From contig OZ254083.1 in assembly GCA_965267555.1 (NCBI GenBank), positions 1,627,985 to 1,691,984 of the forward strand: DNA of 64,000 nt, written 5' to 3'. The translations under genes were made by a program, and so were the position numbers. Origin of the DNA: Cytophagales bacterium (GTDB lineage: Bacteria; Bacteroidota; Bacteroidia; Cytophagales; CCMP332). Below, in pieces: positions 56,606-64,000 of this stretch; the first letter of the stretch is position 1; each line of letters opens with the position of its first letter. The notes under the pieces are model-generated. The model did no database searches and was not told the DNA's origin. It saw nothing but the letters and a program-made list of their open reading frames with translations.

Positions 56606-57425
56606 AAAACAGTTTGCAGAAGACGGGTATTTGCTCATTAAAAATTTCTTTGATCGTGGAATACTCGACAACGCATTTCTAGATACTCTTAAAATATTCA
56701 GTATATCGATGAATAATCATTTAGAGATTGATTTTGATCGATCGACGGAAACCGAGTATGTCGAAAAAAAGATGTTTGAGTTTTTTAAGAAAGATATTGA
56801 AGCATTTATTAATACAGGTAAACAAGTTCAACACACCTTTAATTTATGGCGTATTGCGACTTCATCGCAAATTGAAGACCTTTTAATTAATCTTGGTCTT
56901 GATTTTCCTAATTTAAGTGTAAGGCCAAGTTTTTTCTTCAATTCAAGATTTCTTGATAATACGGGCCATTATTGGAAGCTGGGAAGCCATCAGGACTGGA
57001 GATCTAGTCAGGGTTCGCTGGATTCAGTGACATTATGGTACCCTTACGTTGACTGCAACAAATCTTTAGGTGCTTTAGAAGTGATTCCAGGATCCCATTT
57101 TAACGGCTTATTGGAAGCAGGAGATGTTGATTATTACAGTGAAATCAAATCCGATCAGATTAACGAGTCAGAATTTGTTTCAGTTGAAATGAATAAAGGA
57201 GATCTTTTAATATTTAATTCTTTTCTTGTTCATCGTTCAGGAACAAATGTAACAGACAGAGTCAGATGGTCTTCTCAGTTAAGATATAATAATTTAAATG
57301 AGAAATCATTTATTAAAAGAAATATGCCAAACCCCTACATCTATAAACCAGCGGCAGAATTGGTTAAACCCGGTCCACCTAGCAGAAAGGAAATCAAAAA
57401 CTTTTTTCAAAACCTAAATCAATGA
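56592..57425 (+). CDS. PhyH-family Fe(II)/2-oxoglutarate dioxygenase
   Basis: SHQDW (HxD), LEVIPGSH, GDLLIFNSFLVHRSG.N...RWS. Confidence 0.88.
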   Translation: MKVNKKQFAEDGYLLIKNFFDRGILDNAFLDTLKIFSISMNNHLEIDFDRSTETEYVEKKMFEFFKKDIEAFINTGKQVQHTFNLWRIATSSQIEDLLINLGLDFPNLSVRPSFFFNSRFLDNTGHYWKLGSHQDWRSSQGSLDSVTLWYPYVDCNKSLGALEVIPGSHFNGLLEAGDVDYYSEIKSDQINESEFVSVEMNKGDLLIFNSFLVHRSGTNVTDRVRWSSQLRYNNLNEKSFIKRNMPNPYIYKPAAELVKPGPPSRKEIKNFFQNLNQ

Positions 57426-58477
57426 TCAAATATGTTCATATCGGTTACCCGAAGAATTTTTCAACTTCCCTTCAAAGAAGCTTTTTTTCAATTAACCCTG
57501 AAATATATCATTTGGGAATTGGAAACGATTCCAATATAGATTATAAGGATAAATTTTTGTCGTCCATTTTTGAGGTATATTTAAAAACTTCCAAAGGTTT
57601 TAAATACAATGAGGTTAAAAAACGTATTAAGGATCATATTGATTTTCACTATTCAAAGGCAATAGAATCCAAAGCAAAGGCATTTGGCGTTTCGAGCGAA
57701 CATTTTTCATTTAGTTTTACCTATGACTGTCTCGATTTTGAAACAAAGTTTGATAGGTTAATTGAATTATTTGGAGATGATATTGTGGTCATCGCGATTA
57801 TCAGAGAGCAGATTGCTCTTATTAAATCGCTTTATAAAGAATCTGTAAGAGTCGGTTTCCCCGGAAGTTTTAATGATTTCTTATATGCTTTTTATAAGTA
57901 CCAAGACAGGAACTATTACTATGATCTTCGATACGATCTGGTTTATGATTATTTATCTAAAAAATTAAGTGCCAATCAGTTACATTTATTAACCTTTGAA
58001 TCCTATAGAGGGGAGAGAGAGAAACTTTTAAAAAATGACATGGGGGAATATTCAATTACCTCCGATCTTGCAAAGATCTTGAAAGTCAAAAATAAAGGAG
58101 ATGTTTTTCAACATTTCAATGCAGCTCTTAAAGACAAGGAAGTAAAAATTAAATCAGAATTAAACAAAACGACCAGACATGATCTTGGAAATAATTTGTA
58201 TTCATCTGCTGAATTGCACAGACAGGCTCAATATTTTATTCAAGAGTTGGAATTAAATGAAAAAGAAAATATACTATTTAGAGACGTGCTGGTTAAACGT
58301 AAATTATTAAAAGATGCTGCATCAATGGCAGAAGACAATAACGTAGATTTTGATTTGTTTAAATGTGACAAGGAATTGCTTAATAAGATCAGTACTTTTT
58401 ACATGAAGGGAAATCAAAAATTAATCGATTTATCAGGAATTAAATTGACTGATGAATATTTAATAGAATCATTTTGA
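57422..58477 (+). CDS. Divergent sulfotransferase-like P-loop protein
   Basis: HIGYPKNFSTSLQ, SSEHFS, IIREQIALIKSLY. Confidence 0.6.
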   Translation: MIKYVHIGYPKNFSTSLQRSFFSINPEIYHLGIGNDSNIDYKDKFLSSIFEVYLKTSKGFKYNEVKKRIKDHIDFHYSKAIESKAKAFGVSSEHFSFSFTYDCLDFETKFDRLIELFGDDIVVIAIIREQIALIKSLYKESVRVGFPGSFNDFLYAFYKYQDRNYYYDLRYDLVYDYLSKKLSANQLHLLTFESYRGEREKLLKNDMGEYSITSDLAKILKVKNKGDVFQHFNAALKDKEVKIKSELNKTTRHDLGNNLYSSAELHRQAQYFIQELELNEKENILFRDVLVKRKLLKDAASMAEDNNVDFDLFKCDKELLNKISTFYMKGNQKLIDLSGIKLTDEYLIESF

Positions 58478-58508
58478 TACTACTTCTTTCCGAGATTCTT
58501 TAATAAGG

Positions 58509-59522
58509 TTGACAAAAGATCAGTTTTTAAAAAAGTATTTGAAAACGGAGGTTAAAGAACTAGCCAACGATGTAAATAAAAAAAAGATTCTTTCAGTATG
58601 TGTTACAGCATACAACCATAATAACTTTATTCAAGATTGCTTAAGAAGTATAATTACCCAGAATTGTAATTATGATTTTGAAGTAATTGTAGGTGATGAT
58701 GAATCAAACGATGGATGTCGCGAAACCTGTATTTCCTTAGCAAAAAAACACAGAGATAAAATCAGACTTTTGCTGAATTCACGGAAAAATAATATTCACA
58801 TAAATAATAGACCGACAGGCCGATTTAATTTTATCTACAGCCTGATTTCAACAAATGGAAAATATGTCGCTCTTTGTGATGGTGATGACTTTTGGAGTGA
58901 TCCACATAAACTTAAAAAGCAAATTGATTTTTTGGAGGCAAATCCTGATGTTAATATCTGTGGTCACGTTACAGGTGTATTGGTAGAAGACGGAATTAGC
59001 TATAACCAGGAAAAACGTCCAAATCAGGATTTTGTTGGTCGAAAACTAAATCAAAAAGAAATAATTAGTTTGATAACAGTAAATGGACCGGCATTTCATA
59101 CTTCAAGCTTTGTCTTCAGGAAAAGCGCATTGACGGAATTTAATTTGCTTGCAAATTCAACAGTTGGAGATTATGCACTTTTAATTAAACTTACCGATAA
59201 AGGTTTTGCCTATGTTTTACCGGATGAAATGTCAGTTTACCGCAAAACAACACTAGGCTTTAGTCATGGCAATGAGAGGGATAATTTTCAGCACTCCAGT
59301 AATAAAGTAATTTTCTTTAAATCTATGAATCGATATACTTCTGGTAAATACAAAGAATTATTTAAACCAAGAATTATATCAGGCTACAAAGGATTAATGC
59401 GTTATAATATTGAAAGAAAAAACTATTTGCGATCTATTTTATATTTTCTGCAACTAATACGAATAGATAGAAGACTAATAAATAAATCTTATGAGTTAAA
59501 GGGTCTTTTTGCAAGTAAATAA
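58509..59522 (+). CDS. GT2 glycosyltransferase
   Basis: SVCVTAYNH, VGDDESNDG, YVALCDGDDFW, FHTSS, GDY, MSVYR. Confidence 0.92.
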   Translation: MTKDQFLKKYLKTEVKELANDVNKKKILSVCVTAYNHNNFIQDCLRSIITQNCNYDFEVIVGDDESNDGCRETCISLAKKHRDKIRLLLNSRKNNIHINNRPTGRFNFIYSLISTNGKYVALCDGDDFWSDPHKLKKQIDFLEANPDVNICGHVTGVLVEDGISYNQEKRPNQDFVGRKLNQKEIISLITVNGPAFHTSSFVFRKSALTEFNLLANSTVGDYALLIKLTDKGFAYVLPDEMSVYRKTTLGFSHGNERDNFQHSSNKVIFFKSMNRYTSGKYKELFKPRIISGYKGLMRYNIERKNYLRSILYFLQLIRIDRRLINKSYELKGLFASK

Positions 59523-60546
59523 AACGATATTTTCATGTAATTATAACATCCATTCTCAGCCCGAATGGTTCGATTCGTATAAGAAAAATTTCCAAATAGA
59601 ATCTAAAGATGTAATTGACCTTGGAATGGATAATTTACCATTCCAGTTTGAAATTAGAAATAAGAGGAGGTTTAGATTTATCAAAGAAAAACACCTTTAT
59701 CCATTAGGACATGGCCCTAATGATTTTGTGTTGATTCCATTAATACAAAATGATCCCCTGGAGTTGGCAGAAAACTGTGTTGACCAATTATTGAAGATCA
59801 AAAATAAATGGGATCACTTTCATTTATATTATGTCCCGGAATCTTCCAATGGCTGGAAAGAATTGAAAGCAGCATTTGAAAAATCCGGCTTTAGAGCCGA
59901 AATTAGAAGACACAGGCATTTCTACCGTATAGATACCACCTCAAACTGGGATGACTATTACAATGATTTTCTACACAAAAGCCTCCGGGACGTAAGAGGA
60001 AGATTTAACAGACTGAAAAAAGCAAATCTGAGTTACACTGTTCATGAAACTTTAAATGATATATCGAAACATTTAGATTCTCTTTTAGAAATTTATGACC
60101 AAAGAAGACAAAGTACAGGCCAAAAAAATGCATTCGCGAGAGAGGCGCATAGAAAAATGTTGGAGCAAGTAATAAAATGTTATGAAAAAAAAGGCTGGGT
60201 GAAATTGTCTTATTTACTTGGTAGTGATGATAAAATATGGGCTTATCAGTTGGACTTTATTAAGGATGGTATTCAATATCATTATACACCCGCTTTCGAC
60301 GAAGAATACAAATTTTATTCTCCCAGTAAAATTCTTCTTTACGAAACCTTAAAAAAAGCATTTCAAGATAAATCTATTAGAGAATTTAATTTCATGCGAG
60401 GGGAGTCACCTTATAAAACCCAATATGCAAGACAAAAAGAAGACTACATTTTTATTGATGTTATAAACATGTATTCAGCAACTAATAAGAAGATGTACTT
60501 TCTTAAAAAATTATCACGATTGAAAAACAAACTTTTTTCAAATTAG
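59509..60546 (+). CDS. GNAT (Acetyltransf_6/BcsL/Fem-like) acyltransferase
   Basis: WDDYYNDF.HKS.RD..GRFNRL, YYTP-like HYTPAFDEEYKFYSPSKIL, FNFMRGESPYK. Confidence 0.75.
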   Translation: MQVNKTIFSCNYNIHSQPEWFDSYKKNFQIESKDVIDLGMDNLPFQFEIRNKRRFRFIKEKHLYPLGHGPNDFVLIPLIQNDPLELAENCVDQLLKIKNKWDHFHLYYVPESSNGWKELKAAFEKSGFRAEIRRHRHFYRIDTTSNWDDYYNDFLHKSLRDVRGRFNRLKKANLSYTVHETLNDISKHLDSLLEIYDQRRQSTGQKNAFAREAHRKMLEQVIKCYEKKGWVKLSYLLGSDDKIWAYQLDFIKDGIQYHYTPAFDEEYKFYSPSKILLYETLKKAFQDKSIREFNFMRGESPYKTQYARQKEDYIFIDVINMYSATNKKMYFLKKLSRLKNKLFSN

Positions 60547-60549
60547 ACT

Positions 60550-62361
60550 ATGTGTGGTATACTCGGATATCATCACAAATCACAAAATATATCAGAAGAT
60601 AGCTATTCTAAATCACTTGATTCTCTTATGCATCGGGGTCCGGATGAGAGTGGTACTTATAATAAAGGGAATTTGTGGCTTGGTCATAGGCGACTTTCTA
60701 TAATTGATCTTGAACATGGTCATCAGCCCATGGCAAGTTCTGATGGAAGATATATAATTGTATTTAATGGTGAGATTTACAATTATAAAGAGGTGGCTAG
60801 AAAACTCTGTATGAAAGATTTGCAGACTACTTCAGATACTGAAGTTTTACTATATGCGTATGCGCAAAAAAAGGAAGACTGCTTGAAATATTTGAGAGGT
60901 ATGTTCGCTTTTTCAGTATTCGACACCCATGACAATACTTTATTTATTGCTAGGGATCATTTCGGAATAAAACCACTCGTATATTATTTGTCTAATGAAG
61001 TCTTTGCCTTTTCTTCAGAGATTTCGGCTCTAAAAAAACTACCAGACTGCAATACTTCGATCGATTTTCAAAGCTTGGATATTTATTTAAGACTTAATTA
61101 CATTCCTGCACCAAATACAGCATACAAAGAAATCCGGAAATTAAAACCCGGTCATTATCTTAAATTCAACCTTAATGATAGAAGCCATAAAGAAATCGCA
61201 TATTACCGATTTGATTTTAAACCAGATTATTCTAGTAAAAAAGAGGAGTGCTTTGAAGAATTTGAGTCTATTTTTCAAGATTCTGTAATTCATCATACTT
61301 ATGCAGATGTGCCTTTTGGTGCATTTCTCTCAGGAGGAATTGACTCAACTTCAATTACGATGGAAATGAGTAAATATCTGGGTAAAGGAGTTAAGACTTT
61401 TACAATTGACTTCGAAGGTGATTACTCAGAATTACAATATGCTAAAGAGGCCGCAGAAAGGTTTGGTCTTGACCACGAATATCATTTAGTCAAACCGGAA
61501 GCTATTAATATTTTGGATGATATAATTGAACATTCCGGAGAGCCATTTGGTGATAGCGCTGTGCTTCCTACATTTTACTTGAGCAAAGTAGCATCAAATA
61601 GCGTGAAAATGATTTTGTCAGGCGATGGAGCGGATGAATTTTTAGCCGGGTATAATTCATATTTCAAATGGCTTAAAAGATTAAATGGTGCGGATCTAAG
61701 TTACAAACAGCTCCTAATAAGAAAGTTATCCGTGCTGAAAAACCGAAAGAATATTGAAAACAGAACGCTGGATAAATGGTTGAAATATACACCTGGAATT
61801 CAGAATAAAATTAGAAAATCATTATGGAGAGATGCATATCGAGATTTCTTTATTCCTGAAATTGAAGATTTTCTAAGGGTATTTTCAGAAACAAAATCTT
61901 TAAATCCAATTCAACAAGCACAGACTTTGGATATAAAATTTTTACTTCAGGGAAATATGTTGCCCAAAGTAGATATAGCTTCGATGATGAATTCTCTTGA
62001 AGTAAGAACACCATTTGTGGATATTGAAATTGCCAACTTTATATCACGCACCCCAGCCGAATACTATTTCCAAAGTAATGGTAAGGAATTTGAAGGTAAG
62101 ATTCCTTTAAGAAAACTGCTGTCTGACGTTTTCCCTGAGAATTTTCTTAACCGTCCTAAACATGGGTTTACAGTACCCCTAACCAAATGGTTTAATAATG
62201 ATTCTGAATTTGTCAATTTAATTCAACATTATTTTTACTCTGAAAGTAGTTCATTAACAACTCTATTTGAGAAAGTGACACTTAATGAAATCTTAAATGA
62301 GCAAAAGAAAGATAAAATTTGGTCCCTTTTGATTCTTGGAAAATGGCTTGACAATGAATAA
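60550..62361 (+). CDS. asnB: Asparagine-synthetase-like glutamine amidotransferase
   Basis: MCGI (Ntn Cys), HRGPD, GHRRLSIIDL, FNGEIYN, FLSGGIDS, SGDGADE, KVDIASMMNSLEVRTPF. Confidence 0.95.
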   Translation: MCGILGYHHKSQNISEDSYSKSLDSLMHRGPDESGTYNKGNLWLGHRRLSIIDLEHGHQPMASSDGRYIIVFNGEIYNYKEVARKLCMKDLQTTSDTEVLLYAYAQKKEDCLKYLRGMFAFSVFDTHDNTLFIARDHFGIKPLVYYLSNEVFAFSSEISALKKLPDCNTSIDFQSLDIYLRLNYIPAPNTAYKEIRKLKPGHYLKFNLNDRSHKEIAYYRFDFKPDYSSKKEECFEEFESIFQDSVIHHTYADVPFGAFLSGGIDSTSITMEMSKYLGKGVKTFTIDFEGDYSELQYAKEAAERFGLDHEYHLVKPEAINILDDIIEHSGEPFGDSAVLPTFYLSKVASNSVKMILSGDGADEFLAGYNSYFKWLKRLNGADLSYKQLLIRKLSVLKNRKNIENRTLDKWLKYTPGIQNKIRKSLWRDAYRDFFIPEIEDFLRVFSETKSLNPIQQAQTLDIKFLLQGNMLPKVDIASMMNSLEVRTPFVDIEIANFISRTPAEYYFQSNGKEFEGKIPLRKLLSDVFPENFLNRPKHGFTVPLTKWFNNDSEFVNLIQHYFYSESSSLTTLFEKVTLNEILNEQKKDKIWSLLILGKWLDNE

Positions 62362-63331
62362 GGTGCAAGTCAACTTAATTATTTCTATAGACACAGAATG
62401 TGACAAAGGCCCGGGATGGGAAATTCCCAAACCTATGGGCTTTAGGAATATTACTGAGGGTATTCCGAATACTCTAAAACCTCTATTTGATCAGTTTAAT
62501 ATTAAACCCACCTATCTTTTGAGCCCTGAGGTAATTAAATCTCAGGAATGTGTTAATATTTTTAAGGAGCAGTCAAATGCAGAATTGGGAACCCATCTTC
62601 ATGGAGAATTTATTGGCCCTGCAGAGGACCTCAATGCAAATCGAACCTCTACGCCTCAATTGAAATACGACCCGGAAACCGAAAAAGCAAAGCTCGAAAA
62701 TTTAACGAATCTCTTTATAGATACATATGGTTATGCTCCCTTGTCCTTCCGAGCCGGCAGATGGGGTATGAGCCCTCAAACATTACACTTTCTTCAGGAT
62801 TTGGGTTACCGGGTTGACTCTTCGGTTTGTTCCTTTCGAACGCATTATTTTGATGATGATTATGTAAATTTCTGGGGAGCCCCTTTGCAACCCTATCATC
62901 CATCTATGCATGATTTTAGAAAAAAGGGCAAAATGAAAATTCTGGAAGTACCGGCCACGCTTGGTAACCCACATTTAATGAAATGGCCTCGTTTTATACT
63001 CAGAAATCTAGATGATAAAAGCAGGGTTCATAAAAAGATACTTGGAAAATTGGGCTACAGTTCCAAAATATCCTGGTTCAGACCCTGGAAAAGTTCAGCA
63101 GAGGAAATGAAAATTTTAGCGGATCAATATATCGCTCATTTTGCAAATAATGGCAAACCGGCCCTTTTAAATATGATGTTTCACAGTAATGAAATATTGC
63201 AGGGAACAAGTCCATATGCGCAAACAGAAAACGAATTGACTGCCTATATTGAAAGTATTAAAAAGCTATTTGATCATTTACAGAAAACCTATGACCTTGA
63301 GGGTATAGGATTATCCGATGTATCGGCTTAA
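62354..63331 (+). CDS. Polysaccharide deacetylase-like (CE4/WalW-like) protein
   Basis: SIDTECD, ELGTHLH, SFRAGRW, YRVDSSV, MMFHSNE; ATG at 62354. Confidence 0.75.
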   Translation: MNKVQVNLIISIDTECDKGPGWEIPKPMGFRNITEGIPNTLKPLFDQFNIKPTYLLSPEVIKSQECVNIFKEQSNAELGTHLHGEFIGPAEDLNANRTSTPQLKYDPETEKAKLENLTNLFIDTYGYAPLSFRAGRWGMSPQTLHFLQDLGYRVDSSVCSFRTHYFDDDYVNFWGAPLQPYHPSMHDFRKKGKMKILEVPATLGNPHLMKWPRFILRNLDDKSRVHKKILGKLGYSSKISWFRPWKSSAEEMKILADQYIAHFANNGKPALLNMMFHSNEILQGTSPYAQTENELTAYIESIKKLFDHLQKTYDLEGIGLSDVSA

Positions 63332-63884
63332 AAAGCTTTTAAGAAAATTCAAATTTGGCATACACAGGGAAGTATTTTATGAATACGATTTAAGTCGGGT
63401 ACTCGAAATTCCACAGGTCAAAAATATTCCTCAAATTAAAATACTGGATAAGCAAAATATTGAAGATATATTTAAAATATGGAATGTGGATAGGGGACAA
63501 ATCCGGAAAAGAATGGAATCATCGGACTCGGTCTGTTTCTTGTCTTATCTGAACTCCGAACCTGTGGCCTATCACTGGTTACAAGTTGCCGGAAATCACT
63601 ATGTTCAGAAAGGAGACTTTAGCTTTACAATTCGGCAAGGTAAAACCGCCATGATCTATCATACACGAGTTGATCGTACTTTTCATGGAAAAGGAATTAA
63701 CACCTTTGTCATGTGGCATATAATCAATTACTGCAGGGAAAAAGGACTCGATAAACTTTGGATTTACACCGCTTCTGATAATCACGCTCAAAGAAAGAGT
63801 TTGGATAAGTTGGGCTTTGAATTTATAAAATCTGTATCAAGCATTTTTGTTGGAAAGAAATACTTTGTCTTGACCAAGTTTTGA
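63318..63884 (+). CDS. GNAT-family N-acetyltransferase
   Basis: IYHTRV...FHGKGI acetyl-CoA motif, N.AQRKSLDKLGF. Confidence 0.8.
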   Translation: MYRLKKLLRKFKFGIHREVFYEYDLSRVLEIPQVKNIPQIKILDKQNIEDIFKIWNVDRGQIRKRMESSDSVCFLSYLNSEPVAYHWLQVAGNHYVQKGDFSFTIRQGKTAMIYHTRVDRTFHGKGINTFVMWHIINYCREKGLDKLWIYTASDNHAQRKSLDKLGFEFIKSVSSIFVGKKYFVLTKF

Positions 63885-63898
63885 AAAGAAGAATCACA

Positions 63899-64000
63899 AT
63901 GATTTTTGATCAATTCGGGCACCCTAATCAACCTTTTTGGCATCAGTTGTATTTGCGTTTGATTCAATTGGCTGATTTTGAGATCAAAGTTTTTACCAAA
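63899..64000 (+). CDS. 5' end of the next gene, truncated by the window edge (possibly a glycosyltransferase)
   Basis: ATG at 63899, open to the end: MIFDQFGHPNQPFWHQLYLRLIQLADFEIKVFTK. Confidence 0.5.
   Translation, partial: MIFDQFGHPNQPFWHQLYLRLIQLADFEIKVFTK

Overview
Chromosomal segment of a Bacteroidota bacterium, judged from T9SS C-terminal domains, an UpxY-type antiterminator, TAnnTTTG promoter motifs and a mitochondrial-type aconitase. 1-26 kb is mostly housekeeping: hslV end, arsC, ggt, PhoH-PIN, ctlX, an LDH-like enzyme with an atypical specificity loop, a TroR/TroA/TroB metal operon without permeases, dapD, hbd, an SLC12-like transporter, smc, pgk, ferredoxin and a LuxC-like reductase. 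26.2-34.9 kb is a ~2,900-aa T9SS type-B surface protein with hierarchical tandem repeats. From 35 kb, acnA runs directly into a >26 kb surface-polysaccharide locus that continues past the window end. The locus combines Wza/Wzc and Wzm/Wzt export genes with many tailoring enzymes: three sulfotransferase-like proteins, an MBOAT/SGNH pair inserted between wzm and wzt, VioA, WbqC, an intact M29 aminopeptidase, a hexapeptide acyltransferase, a beta-propeller protein, a C-methyltransferase-like protein, an Fe/2OG dioxygenase, an AsnB-like amidotransferase, a CE4 deacetylase and two GNATs. This locus is the best candidate for an undescribed system (a sulfated, aminoacylated glycan). I also found an unlisted small gene (DUF1289-like), a four-helix-bundle pseudogene, palindromic repeats, a structured intergenic region and a strong bias to TTG/GTG starts in the locus. 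No rRNA, tRNA, CRISPR array or intact mobile element was seen. All family calls come from motif recognition by eye, not from database searches.
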